A program made the translations under genes and the position numbers. DNA of 63,822 bases, counting the filler, from Octopus bimaculoides (lineage: Eukaryota): the NCBI RefSeq assembly GCF_001194135.2. It is 4 parts of 4 records of this genome, joined end to end, with 100 filler letters (N's around TTAATTAATTAA, not from the genome) between each part and the next. Parts side by side here need not be neighbours in the genome. Positions count along the whole stretch, not along the records: positions 13,193 to 30,544 come from NC_068999.1; positions 30,645 to 50,647 come from NC_068991.1; 2 more parts are not named here. One strand, 5' to 3'. Below are positions 22,245-36,187 of this stretch, piece after piece (the first letter of the stretch is position 1; each line of letters starts with the position of its first letter). The notes under the pieces are model-generated. The model saw only the letters and a program-made list of their open reading frames with translations, was not told where the DNA came from and searched no databases.

Positions 22245-23929
22245 TACATGTGTGTATGCATGTATACATATGTGTGTATGTATGTATGCATGTGCATATA
22301 TATGTATGTACGTATATGCATATATATATATATATATATGTATATATATGTATGTATATGCATATACATACATATATATATTTATGTGCGGGTAGAAGTG
22401 TATTTGTACGTATCACTATGTCTGTGTGTGTTTATGTATTGGCACAAAACCCAGGACATACACACACAAAAAAGTAAAAACAATGCTACACATACCATAG
22501 ACTCATTCATAAACAGCGGCGTTCATACGCCCCTTCATGGATTCGGCGGACACACTACAAATATCAATATAGTGCCAATAGCATATATGTGTGTATATAT
22601 ATGCATATATGGAGAGATACACACACATATGTATATGCACATGCATATATAGAAGCTTTTTATATATATACTAATGTGCATACACATATATATAGATGCA
22701 TACATATACATATATAAATATATATAAATATANNNNNNNNNNATACAAATATATATATATATATGTATATATATATATGTATGCATGCATTCACACGTAT
22801 ATATACACACACACATATATATATACATATACATATATATGTGTGTGTGTGTGTTTGTGCGCGCCTGCGTGGATGTCTACACCTAAATAGAATTCGTACT
22901 TACATCTATAAATACGTTCTCTCGTTGAAACGAATGCGTTATATGAACACATCGACATTTCTTTGATAAAACACACACAGAGAAATCCCATGGCGCACAT
23001 CGCCGCATCTAATACATATTCACATTTGTAAAAAAAAGTTACAAAGAGATATATAGACTCATAGACATATGCGTACACCGTCACACACGCACATACATAT
23101 ACATACATATATTCATATATATATATATATATATATATATANNNNNNNNNNNNNNNNNNNNNNNNNNNNNNNNNNNNNNNNNNNNNNNNNNNNNNNNNNN
23201 NNNNNNNNNNNNNNNNNNNNNNNNNNNNNNNNNNNNNNNNNNNNNNNNNNNNNNNNNNNNNNNNNNNNNNNNNNNNNNNNNNNNNNNNNNNNNNNNNNNN
23301 NNNNNNNNNNNNNNNNNNNNNNNNNNNNNNNNNNNNNNNNNNNNNNNNNNNNNNNNNNNNNNNNNNNNNNNNNNNNNNNNNNNNNNNNNNNNNNNNNNNN
23401 NNNNNNNNNNNNNNNNNNNNNNNNNNNNNNNNNNNNNNNNNNNNNNNNNNNNNNNNNNNNNNNNNNNNNNNNNNNNNNNNNNNNNNNNNNNNNNNNNNNN
23501 NNNNNNNNNNNNNNNNNNNNNNNNNNNNNNNNNNNNNNNNNNNNNNNNNNNNNNNNNNNNNNNNNNNNNNNNNNNNNNNNNNNNNNNNNNNNNNNNNNNN
23601 NNNNNNNNNNNNNNNNNNNNNNNNNNNNNNNNNNNNNNNNNNNNNNNNNNNNNNNNNNNNNNNNNNNNNNNNNNNNNNNNNNNNNNNNNNNNNNNNNNNN
23701 NNNNNNNNNNNNNNNNNNNNNNNNNNNNNNNNNNNNNNNNNNNNNNNNNNNNNNNNNNNNNNNNNNNNNNNNNNNNNNNNNNNNNNNNNNNNNNNNNNNN
23801 NNNNNNNNNNNNNNNNNNNNNNNNNNNNNNNNNNNNNNNNNNNNNNNNNNNNNNNNNNNNNNNNNNNNNNNNNNNNNNNNNNNNNNNNNNNNNNNNNNNN
23901 NNATATATGCATATATACATACATATAAA

Positions 23930-23960
<31 letters not shown>

Positions 23961-24250
23961 AAGATTCAGTTGAACTAGGTACCTCAAATGAGGCACCTTG
24001 AGAGTTCGGTATAGTCCGCACACTCCAACAGTATCAATTGAATATTGAATATCAAGACTACGTGTATTAGTGTTTGTACCTAAATTTCCTGTCGTGTGTG
24101 CAGAGAACGCAATCCAGTGAAGATATCAGCTCTTGGTAATTCTTGGTAATTCAGACGAGTACTATTTATTTACGAAGGTACCTTCTCTAGAATTCCAAAG
24201 TGCAGATTCCAAATTAGGTGTACAGAATGTAAACATGCAACAACGATGTA

Positions 24251-24811
24251 CAGGAGTCAGTACATTACGGCCGTTTCAAGCAGCTTCATTTAATTGATTA
24301 ATGTAAACGTTACGTCAATTTGAAAGAACCCGCACTTTTCAGATAACCATATATATTTCAAACATAAGGGTTAAACAATTTTTAAGAAATTTACATCAAT
24401 AATAGAAACCTAAATAATTACATTGTTTCCTTATTATATCTGTGGCAGAATGAGTTTAGAAAATAATGCATATCTTAATTAATCCTACTCTAATTTGGAG
24501 AGTCTCAGAGGAAAATAGTTGGTGGGGGGTCAAAAAAATAGGAATGGTCACGTAAATATTTATATTTAGAGTTTATGTAGCATGGTGTCTTGAACCATTA
24601 AGAATTAAATCCATTAGGAATTCTCATCTGTATTCTAAGTCATGGCGATAAACCAACTAGTGGCAGACAATCTCTTAGAGTCTCATTGTACTGGAATCAT
24701 ACATCTAGATAGAAGGATATGTCACAGGGCTGCTTCACCAAATGGATGTAATGTCTTCATTATTCCAATTCAATGGAGCCACTTGAAACGGCCGGAATGT
24801 ATTGACACATG
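24251..24811. mobile_element. Tc1/mariner-superfamily MITE (561 bp)
   Basis: Left TA|CAGGAGTCAGTACATTACGGCCGTTTCAAGCAGCTTCATTTAATTG; right end on minus TA|CATGTGTCAATACATTCCGGCCGTTTCAAGTGGCTCCATTGAATTG. ~46-bp TIRs, TA at 24249-24250 and 24812-24813. Confidence 0.85.
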
Positions 24812-24849
24812 TAAATGTTTGTTACTTATCTACATTCTGTTCACCTAAG

Positions 24850-24898
<49 letters not shown>

Positions 24899-25434
24899 NN
24901 NNNNNNNNNNNNNNNNNNNNNNNNNNNNNNNNNNNNNNNNNNNNNNNNNNNNNNNNNNNNNNNNNNNNNNNNNNNNNNNNNNNNNNNNNNNNNNNNNNNN
25001 NNNNNNNNNNNNNNNNNNNNNNNNNNNNNNNNNNNNNNNNNNNNNNNNNNNNNNNNNNNNNNNNNNNNNNNNNNNNNNNNNNNNNNNNNNNNNNNNNNNN
25101 NNNNNNNNNNNNNNNNNNNNNNNNNNNNNNNNNNNNNNNNNNNNNNNNNNNNNNNNNNNNNNNNNNNNNNNNNNNNNNNNNNNNNNNNNNNNNNNNNNNN
25201 NNNNNNNNNNNNNNNNNNNNNNNNNNNNNNNNNNNNNNNNNNNNNNNNNNNNNNNNNNNNNNNNNNNNNNNNNNNNNNNNNNNNNNNNNNNNNNNNNNNN
25301 NNNNNNNNNNNNNNNNNNNNNNNNNNNNNNNNNNNNNNNNNNNNNNNNNNNNNNNNNNNNNNNNNNNNNNNNNNNNNNNNNNNNNNNNNNNNNNNNNNNN
25401 NNNNNNNNNNNNNNNNNNNNNNNNNNNNNNNNNN

Positions 25435-25493
<59 letters not shown>

Positions 25494-26078
25494 TGTGTGT
25501 GTGTGTGTAACCAAATGTTTATATATACAATTAGGTGTATACGTGCATATATGTACAATGTTGCGAATTTACACACTTTTCATCTTCCTCTCACTCCGCA
25601 GATATTTCATAAGCGTTCTTTTATATAATCGTTCATTCATGAATGCATGTATGCATGAGCTTTTGCACATAACTCCTAGTTTGTTATTGTTTCAGTCGTT
25701 ATTGATATTCCTCATTTGCATATATGAGTTGTGTATGTGTGTGTGTGTGTGTGTGTGTGCGTGTGTGTGAGTCTGTGTCCGTGTATGTCTCTGTGTGTGT
25801 GTGTGTGTATATACATATANNNNNNNNNNNNNNNNNNNNNNNNNNNNNNNNNNNNNNNNNNNNNNNNNNNNNNNNNNNNNNNNNNNNNNNNNNNNNNNNN
25901 NNNNNNNNNNNNNNNNNNNNNNNNNNNNNNNNNATATGTATGTATATACATACATATGTGTGTGTGTGTGTGTGTGTGTTGCTCATTTCTGCATGTGCGT
26001 TGCGTTTGCAGGAATACTTTACATAGTCGTTACCCAGAGATTATTTTCATAGACAAAAAAAAGAAGTAAAATAAATAT

Positions 26079-26110
<32 letters not shown>

Positions 26111-27752
26111 CCTAGAACAAGATAAAATAAAACTCATCAAACACGTTTTGCAGATTTTTGAGAGACGAATATGTCAAATTGACATTTTTGTTTTTCAAAG
26201 CTTCAATGGATTTTGAGTCAATTTCCCCCCTATTCTCCGCTATTGATAAAATATTTTGTTTCCGAATGATTTCTGTTGAATACTTACACTGTTCAATACT
26301 TGTGATTCATATATCTAGCGATTAAATCTAAACGCCAGATATTGATATATTACTAGTTATGGTCGAACGCTATCTCTTAACCATATCTTATACTTTCATT
26401 AAATATGGCTACTGTATCGTTCTGCTCATTCGAGAAAAATCCGTTGCCTCGATGATTTGACGTTTGAATTTATCGACATCCAGTAGGGAAAAACTAATGA
26501 AAAGTAATGAAAAATCCCGAAATTCTTTAGTCCTGCAAAGACCAACAGTTTTTCCTTTTCTTTCTTATCAGCTAAAATATTGCTTCAATTGTTAATAGCG
26601 ATTGGGATTGCTTTTAAAAACCGGCACGAAATCATTCATTCTTGCATTTCAAGTATGTAAAGATATGACTGGCCCTTTCGTACGCTGCGGGTTGAACGCA
26701 TTAATAATGTAAAGTAGACCACCGTTGTTGTTGTTATTGTGATCATCATCATCATCATCGTCATCATTATTATTATTACTATTATTATTATTATTATTAT
26801 TATTGTTGTTGTTGTTGTTGTTGTTGTTATTATTGTCGTTGTCGTCGTCATCTTCGTAGTTAATGTTGCTCTCCTTGTTGCTTGTTACTCGTTAGTCGCA
26901 ATGTAACGAACAAAATATCGCAACGATACATCAATAAATAAATCGTCTGCTTCTGTCAAAACAATATTTTTCCAGGCGGCAACATTTAATTCTTCAGACC
27001 GAACAGCAATACAATTTTAGTGGCCTTTCACCTCGGCACTACTACTATACATACCACTACTACTTCCACTACTACCACTGTTACTATGTGCTCAGCTACA
27101 TTTATCGCCAAAACACTGGCAAATAACTCCCACCACTACCATCAGCGCCACCACCAACGCATCTTGTTACTTTATATCATTACTGTAAATGACGTGTCTG
27201 TCTGTATCTAAATATATATATAAAAAATATGCATATATTTAAGGTCATATATACATAATTCTCTATATATTTACATATAGATGTTTACATACACATATAT
27301 AGATATATATACCCACAAACATGTAGACAATATAGATAGATAGATAAATAGATAGTGTGAAGTTATACATAGATACATACATATACATACATATATATAT
27401 GTATATATANNNNNNNNNNNNNNNNNNNNNNNNNNNNNNNNNNNNNNNNNNNNNNNNNNNNNNNNNNNNNNNNNNNNNNNNNNNNNNNNNNNNNNNNNNN
27501 NNNNNNNNNNNNNNNNNNNNNNNNNNNNNNNNNNNNNNNNNNNNNNNNNNNNNNNNNNNNNNNNNNNNNNNNNNNNNNNNNNNNNNNNNNNNNNNNNNNN
27601 NNNNNNNNNNNNNNNNNNNNNNNNNNNNNNNNNNNNTATATATATATATATATATACATACACACATATATATGTATACATACATATATATACACACACA
27701 CGCACATATATGTATGTATACACATACACATATGTGTATATGTATATACAGC

Positions 27753-27784
<32 letters not shown>

Positions 27785-28669
27785 ATACACACTCACACAC
27801 GCACTTACATACACCCACGCACATACACACACATATCATATATGCAAGTTGTTTACATCGTATAAATTTAGAAATTTCGAGAGACATTAAGTAATTCGTT
27901 TTTAATAGCCGGACTCGGGGACTGATAAAGCTATATAGATAGATAAACCACAAATGATTATGCTGAGCCGTGCTTAAAGACCATGTAGTCTGATATTCTC
28001 CTAAGAATTTCATCAATAGAATTGCTAAGTATATGTTAAAATAGAAAGAACATATGCAGAATTTAATTCTTTGTGTAAACTTTAATCTTTGTTTAATTTA
28101 GCATATGTTGACCAAGGTAAACTATCCCTGGTTCGAAAAAATCAGTTATCCGGAAATGCATTTGAGCCAAAGATTCGTGGAAATCGATATTGTACCGGCA
28201 CTACTCATAAATCGAACACGAATGGCATAATTTACTAGTCATAGTTGTTTAATACTCCCATCAGAACCTGCCAAAGGTCCATCGATATGACATAATTTTT
28301 AAACAATGCAGCAAGTCCGATAATTCAATAAAGCATTGAACAGTGGATTGTCAAAGCGGGGTCGATTTAATAGATTGGCCCTTTCCTCAAGAATTTCTGG
28401 CATTTTGACAAATGCTAGAATTATGAGTGTCATCGGAATGCAAACCTTTCTCTAATTATATAATTTCAGTTAATTCTAATTGACTTCATGAATTAATCAA
28501 ACTGCTAATAGATTCCTTTCAAAAAAATTAATCATTTACACTTATCGATTTTAATCATACTTCAATGATATCGAAAGGATTAATTAATTAACATCGACTG
28601 ATTACTAATTATTAACAGAAGGGGACAAATGTCTTTCCCTAAACATCCCTCTTTGTTCTTCTTTTAATT

Positions 28670-28860
28670 CTTTCAGACATTGTATCGCGGCCATACTGAG
28701 GCACTGCCTTGAAAGGTTTTCGTCAAGCAGAACCACAGCAGTAATTATTTTAAAGCCTGGTACGTGTTCTGTAGGTCTCTTTTGAAGAACCACTAAGTTA
28801 TACGAACGTAAACAAACCGACACCAGTCGTAACTCATAGGGGTTCAAACAAACACACACA
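28670..28860 (-). mobile_element. SINE family A tail half, decayed
   Basis: gcggccatactgaggcactgcc...aagcctggtac...gtctcttttgaagaaccactaagtta. Confidence 0.7.
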
Positions 28861-29356
28861 CATATACATACATATATATATATATATATATTGTGAATTT
28901 ATGGAAAGAAATCCCATAAAACTCAACAATTTTGTTAAAAATGGAGAAGACAAGTTGTTAAAATATATAAGAGAATTTTAAATCATATNNNNNNNNNNNN
29001 NNNNNNNNNNNNNNNNNNNNNNNNNNNNNNNNNNNNNNNNNNNNNNNNNNNNNNNNNNNNNNNNNNNNNNNNNNNNNNNNNNNNNNNNNNNNNNNNNNNN
29101 NNNNNNNNNNNNNNNNNNNNNNNNNNNNNNNNNNNNNNNNNNNNNNNNNNNNNNNNNNNNNNNNNNNNNNNNNNNNNNNNNNNNNNNNNNNNNNNNNNNN
29201 NNNNNNNNNNNNNNNNNNNNNNNNNNNNNNNNNNNNNNNNNNNNNNNNNNNNNNNNNNNNNNNNNNNNNNNNNNNNNNNNNNNNNNNNNNNNNNNNNNNN
29301 NNNNNNNNNNNNNNNNNNNNNNNNNNNNNNNNNNNNNNNNNNNNNNNNNNNNNNNN

Positions 29357-29448
29357 AAGAAGAAGAAGAAGAAGAAGAAGAAGAAGAAGAAGAAGAAGAA
29401 GAAGAAGAAGAAGAAGAAGAAGAAGAAGAAGAAGAAGAAGAAGAAGAA
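29357..29448. repeat. (GAA)n microsatellite
   Basis: Read directly. Confidence 0.98.
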
Positions 29449-29996
29449 GCTAGGTGCTGGAGTCGACTTGTTCGACGGAATCCTTCTTGGCAGTGCATCC
29501 GCATGGCTGCCGCCAAATGACCTAAGCAAACAAAGGATATTGAAAATACCAAAAAACTCCTGCCTCGTACTGAGACGAGTAATGTGTACTCAGAAACGAA
29601 GGTCAAGCGCTAACGTCGAAACAAAATAGCCGAGGTTTTACAAGACTTTTGGCGTCGACAACGAACATACTTGTCTTCAATAACAAACGGAAGTACAATT
29701 AACTATCTCGAGTTTGGAAGATTGGAATAACTACGAACAGAATAGAAGCAGTTAGCCGTGTAATCAATATTAGCACACTAATGACAAGCAAAACCACAAA
29801 ACGCATGGCAAATATAGAGGAACGTTGCCATTAAGTGCATTCAACCACTATCAACACATTCCTGATAATGGCCAACTGCAATCAAAAGAATATATATACA
29901 TACATACATAGATACATACATATATTGATATAAGTATATGCATATAGACACATATACATACCTATAAGTATACACACACACACACACATATATATG

Positions 29997-30075
<79 letters not shown>

Positions 30076-30284
30076 NNNNNNNNNNNNNNNNNNNNNNNNN
30101 NNNNNNNNNNNNNNNNNNNNNNATATAAACATGTATAGATAGAGATATAGATTTATCTATCTATATATATTTGTATATGTTTGTATATTGGTGTGTATAA
30201 TTATGTATATATATGACTGTGTATAAAAATGTATATATGCGTGTGTCTGTGTGTCTGTGTGTATATGTATGTGAACACATGTGT

Positions 30285-30316
<32 letters not shown>

Positions 30317-31232
30317 AATGAGACCACTCCCAAACGTACACGGCTAATCGTTTTAAGACCGTACATCTTGGATGTGAAATAATATTCTTGACCTTCAGAC
30401 GTGAATATTGAAATCAATATGCTTAAAAATCTATATCCGAGCACCCAATAACGGCAAAATATTAATTATTAGTGGGGTGGGGTGGGGTGGGCGGTGTGAT
30501 GAAACAGAAAACGAATATGGAATATGCTCAGTGCACTCTCGGTTNNNNNNNNNNNNNNNNNNNNNNNNNNNNNNNNNNNNNNNNNNNNTTAATTAATTAA
30601 NNNNNNNNNNNNNNNNNNNNNNNNNNNNNNNNNNNNNNNNNNNNTATATATATATATATATATATATATTCATCAAGATATTGAGATTTTTACGTGCATA
30701 CATGTGTATTGAGTGTTAGCACATGTTACTTTTTAATAGGTACGTTGGTGCATAGACTGCCATGTTTTACGACTTTTCATAATGTAGTATTATGTATTAT
30801 GTATTATTATTTATTTAATGAAGTACATATTTATTGCAGATCATTCCTTCAGTTTCCATGTATTTGTGAATATGTTTATTTTACAACTGTCTATGTTTAT
30901 TTTATTTTATCTTTTTATTTTTTGAAATATTCTACATGAAGCAGGTATAAGGAAACGTATTTTACTTAACATAAAATGACATCGTTTGATCACAGATTTT
31001 ACTACTAACTCTCAAACCCTGTGTATAATTGAATAACTACTGTTATGAATTAAAATTGTTCTAAATTTTGAAACTATTTCAGATATACTCTGAAGGATTT
31101 CAGTTATGTGAACTGATCCAAAATGTTATACTTCAGATAATATGCTGAATTAGGGAAAGCAATGTATCTTCAGGAAAACATTGAATTTATACGCTAAACA
31201 TATTTGCTTTACAATTGTTTTAAAATCGCATA

Positions 31233-32460
31233 TGGTTACATGACTTTCTGAAAGATAGAAGTCAGGCAGTAGTGGCTAATGGAGCCACCTCTATGAGAAC
31301 ACAAATGATGAGCGGTGTTCCACAGGGCACTGTCTTGGGACCATTGCTTTTTATAGTCGCTCTCTCGGATATGCCTTCAAGTGCCCGGATAGCCACTCTT
31401 GCAAGCTACGCAGACGATACAAAAGTCTCGCAGAAAATACAGAACTCCAGTGATGTTGCACACCTGCAGCAGGAATTGGACTCAGTTTACAGATGGGCTG
31501 AGGACAATAATATGCAGTTTAATCCTGAAAAATTCCAAGCCCTGCGCTACCAACGTCCAAAACTGAATATTAAACTTACAGNNNNNNNNNNNNNNNNNNN
31601 NNNNNNNNNNNNNNNNNNNNNNNNNNNNNNNNNNNNNNNNNNNNNNNNNNNNNNNNNNNNNNNNNNNNNNNNNNNNNNNNNNNNNNNNNNNNNNNNNNNN
31701 NNNNNNNNNNNNNNNNNNNNNNNNNNNNNNNNNNNNNNNNNNNNNNNNNNNNNNNNNNNNNNNNNNNNNNNNNNNNNNNNNNNNNNNNNNNNNNNNNNNN
31801 NNNNNNNNNNNNNNNNNNNNNNNNNNNNNNNNNNNNNNNNNNNNNNNNNNNNNNNNNNNNNNNNNNNNNNNNNNNNNNNNNNNNNNNNNNNNNNNNNNNN
31901 NNNNNNNNNNNNNNNNNNNNNNNNNNNNNNNNNNNNNNNNNNNNNNNNNNNNNNNNNNNNNNNNNNNNNNNNNNNNNNNNNNNNNNNNNNNNNNNNNNNN
32001 NNNNNNNNNNNNNNNNNNNNNNNNNNNNNNNNNNNNNNNNNNNNNNNNNNNNNNNNNNNNNNNNNNNNNNNNNNNNNNNNNNNNNNNNNNNNNNNNNNNN
32101 NNNNNNNNNNNNNNNNNNNNNNNNNNNNNNNNNNNNNNNNNNNNNNNNNNNNNNNNNNNNNNNNNNNNNNNNNNNNNNNNNNNNNNNNNNNNNNNNNNNN
32201 NNNNNNNNNNNNNNNNNNNNNGAGGAATCTCCACAAAGTAGATGTAGGAGTTTTTAAATCAAAGTTGGACCTCTTCCTATCGAGAGTCCCAGATGAACCT
32301 ACCTCGCGGCAGGAGGTGCAAATGAGGGTTGCTAAATCAAACTCCATTCTTCACCAAGTGCCACATATTGTAAGAGGCTCCCTGTAATAACAGTGTAGCA
32401 ACACGGTGGTGCATCAGCATGGCCACAGCTCTAAGCTGAAACTTTAAAAAGAAAAAAAAA
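31233..32460 (+). mobile_element. 5'-truncated CR1-group LINE (CR1/L2/Crack-type): reverse transcriptase remnant, C-terminus and 3' UTR; middle lies in a gap
   Basis: WLHDFLKDRSQAVVANG...SGVPQGTVLGPLLF...YADDTK...LQQELD...WAEDNNMQFNPEKFQ. C-terminus FKSKLDLFLSRVPDEP...AKSNSILHQ* with stop at 32385-32387, then a short UTR and A-rich end. Confidence 0.93.
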
Positions 32461-32518
32461 CAAAAACGAAGTTCTATTTGGCCTTCTTGAATTTGGATTC
32501 AAAAATTCTCATACATAT

Positions 32519-33105
32519 AGGCTCAAGCGTGGCTGTGCGGTAAGAAGCTTGCTTTCCAACCGCATGGTTCCGGGTTCAGTCTCACTGTGTGGTACCTTGG
32601 GCAAGTATCTTCTACTATATCCTTTGGGCCGACCAAAGCCTTGTGAGTAGATTTGGAAAGTGAAAGAAGCCCGTCGTAAATATATACATATGTGTGTGTG
32701 TGTGTGTGTATTTGTTTCTTATTTCTTTACTGCCCACAAGAGGCCGAACATAGAGGGGACAAACAAGGGATTAATTCGATTACATTGACCCCAGTGCGTA
32801 ATTGGTAGTTGATTTATCGACCCTGAAAGGATGAAAAGCAAAATCCACTTCGGCGGAATTTGAACTCAGAACGTAGCGGCAGACGAAATACCATGAAGCA
32901 TTTCGCCCGGCGTGCTAACGTTTCTGCTAGCTCACCGCCTTATTTGTGTCTGTGTTTGTCCCACCACCATCTCTTGACAACCGATGTTAGTGGTTCGGAA
33001 AAAGAGACTGATAGAATAAGTAGTAGGCTTACAAAGAATAAGTCCTGGGGTCGAATTGTTAGACTAAAAGCGGTGCTCTAGCATGGCCGAAGTCAAATGT
33101 AAAAG
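32519..33105 (+). mobile_element. SINE family A (CORE-type) interrupted by a family B SINE
   Basis: Head gtggctgtgcggtaagaag...ggttcagtc, CORE-like accttgggcaagt, tail gcggtgctctagcatggccgaagtcaaatg. Confidence 0.88.
32720..32940 (-). mobile_element. SINE family B nested in a family A SINE
   Basis: Matches the 16796-17013 copy in reverse. Flanked by tatttgtttct (32709-32719) and tatttgtgtct (32941-32951). Confidence 0.88.
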
Positions 33106-36100
33106 GAAAAATATATATAAGGGCGGTTATAAGATAAATATGGATAATGAGGAAAAAATCGTAAAGAGTTAATATATGTGATGAGAGATAAAATCGGAGG
33201 GGAAAAATTAAGTGAATGTTAGTCGTTAGATAGAATGTAAGAAGTAGAAAAAAAAAAGAGAACACATGGGGAACATGATATTCTGGAAGAGAAAGAAACT
33301 AGTGTGAAGTACTGTAAAAGTGAAGAGAAAGATGTTAAGAGAATGTGAACCGTTTACGGTTTAATAGTGAATGAAGGAACATAGTGACACAGGAATACGA
33401 AGAAAAGCGCTGTCAAGAAAAAAGACAAATAGACAATATGGTGGCTGCTAGAATAAAAGAAAAATGTTATAAAGTCATAAGGATAGATTGTTAGAAGTAA
33501 GTTGCAAAATATAATGAAAGGTAACATTACGTAGAAAAAGCGTGAGCGAGAAAATGAATAATTCAGAGACTAGGGCAGATTGAGCGAATGAAATGTTTCT
33601 TACAAGCGGCAAGATACATGGTGCTTGTAAGAAAGTGAAATATGTCATAATAACAAGATGACGAAGTGAAAAGATGTTGTGACCATGACAGAATGCCAAA
33701 ATGCCAAAGAAATGTCAGCAAGATAGCAACAGCGATGACAGTTTGATGGGCAACAATGTGGGCAAGATGGCGTAGTGTTGACGAAGGAGGCGCCGAATTA
33801 CATACCGCAAACCTATATGTTAGAGGTCAATACTTATGGCGTCACATACTCGGAACTAAAAATAATTAGTTTTCGCTCTGTTGTGTATACATTAATCTAC
33901 TTTTTTTTTCTTTGTTTTAGAACAAAATTAATGATCACTATGGTTGTTGCTTACAAGTATGAAGCAGACCAATAATCGGTTCACTGCATTTCTGAAGGTG
34001 GCAGAACTGATAGTGGCGAAGGCTGTGCAATTCTGGCGCAAAAACTACCTAAGAAGGCAAATTTATTGGAAAGCTACGGCTCTTCGACTTTGTTATCATA
34101 AATTACAACTCAAAATTGATATATAGTGAGAAGATGCATGCAAAAGTCTATGTATATATATACATAGAAAGAAAATCAGTTTATAGGAAAGAAACGTAAA
34201 TATGCAAGTTCCATAAATTTATCTAGTATCGTTAAAAATATATATATAGTTATAGATTTAACTGCGGTATGTCCTATAAATACAGAAAATAGGAAGATTT
34301 TGTATATTCTTACCAATCTATTGCGACCAGTTACAATATCAATTCCGACTTATGTAGAAAATATCGAATTAAAACTTATATAAATAAATACGTTATTTAT
34401 ACAAATTTTTTAAACAAATTTTTATGTATTCATATAAAAATTACACTCCGCATTAGAATACGATTGCTGACACATACGTACGTGCATGCACATAGCCAAA
34501 CGTATATGTATATATATGCTTATATAGCTACATGTATGCATGCACGTATACGTGCGTGCACACAAAAACGCACGCATATACTTAAAAGATCTTTTCACGG
34601 GTAATAAAGCAACATACATACCCCTCACAGATACACGGCAGACGTAACTAGAGCTGCGATAAAAATGTCAAAGTGTGCTTTTCATATAAACAGGAAAGAA
34701 AGAATGCATGGTGGATTTGCTGTATACGTCTGCAAAAATGTTCATTACTAACCCGATTGTCACATTTAAACTCGGTCTTTGACACACAAATAGCACATAC
34801 AAAGCATCTGAACGTGGTATTACGTACAGCAAACCATACCCCATGGTAAATCTAGGGACAGTCTTAGATTAATATAAGTTAAAGGAACACAACAATGAAA
34901 TTTTGGTGGATAAATTCATATTGCTCAGCATCAAATCGATTAAAGTTAACATAATGTCAGGGTTTTCACATTATGAACAAAATCAAAATATAATCGGTAG
35001 AACTATATGCATATTCAATCTCATGTGGACGTCTCGTGTATAGTTCTGCAAATTATATTTTGCTATGACGGTCACACTGATGATTTGCAGTCATTTACAT
35101 GACATTAATATGTAAATGGTAACAATGAAGCCTAGTATGTGAAAAATCATTATATTTTGTATATTTTCATTTGTCTTGCTCGCTTACGTTCTGGCGTTTG
35201 CTGAATTTTCTAGAGAACAATATTTTCTTAGTGGTCAGACCATTGGGGTCTACTTCTAGCATATTGGATGTCCACTTGGTGGTCATCCCTCTTAAATGTA
35301 TAAGGCAGATAGATATAGATATGTGTACATATGTAGATCGTAAATGTAAAGGCAACATACGAAACTGCAAATATGCCCTTAAATATATGTGTGTACATGT
35401 ATATATATCTACATCTCTCCCTATCTCCTTCAAACTTTGTGTGCGTATGCAAATACACACACACGTACATACACACACACTCACACGCGCGCACAGGCAC
35501 GTAGACTCACACGCACACACTTGAGTGCACAACTAATTTATGCGCATTTTTATTAATACATGTCATTAAATGCCCAGTGGAATGCATTTATCTTTACACA
35601 CGCGATGACACACACGTACATATTTACTCCCACATCATCCACACATACGCACGCACGCACACACACACACACACTATCGTTATACACTTCAAGGTGCGAA
35701 ACCCGTAAGAGAAAACTGTAGACATCTCGAAAATTCCATTCTCTGTACTGAATTTGTCTTATAAGTTAATCATATTATTGTAGTAATTATTTCAGCTTTG
35801 CCAGGACTTATTCTATAGAATACATTTAAATTTCATTTTGGTTTATGATAAACCTTGCTGAATATCTTTCTTCATAACAAAGAAATATCAGTTTTGCAGA
35901 GCAAGTCTCAAAGTCAGATTGCGTCAAATCATGTTAGGTTATGATAGAATTACAATTTCCATATATCACACGAAAGATGTTGAATGCATTAAGGTTTTGT
36001 AAAACATTTTTGTGGGACATTTTCTCGCCTTCTTCAAAATAAATTTTATCATTTCTTTGAACAACAGATTAATAATAATCCCTATTTGATTAAATATTAC

Positions 36101-36107
36101 TACTACA

Positions 36108-36179
<72 letters not shown>

Positions 36180-36187
36180 AATAATAT

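Noticed and set aside
26572-26652. Strong polypyrimidine-CAG with downstream GTATGT as exon 2
   Set aside because: The phase-1 peptide (AKILLQLLIAIGIAFKNRHE...) has no resemblance to the receptor family, and the donor is weak.
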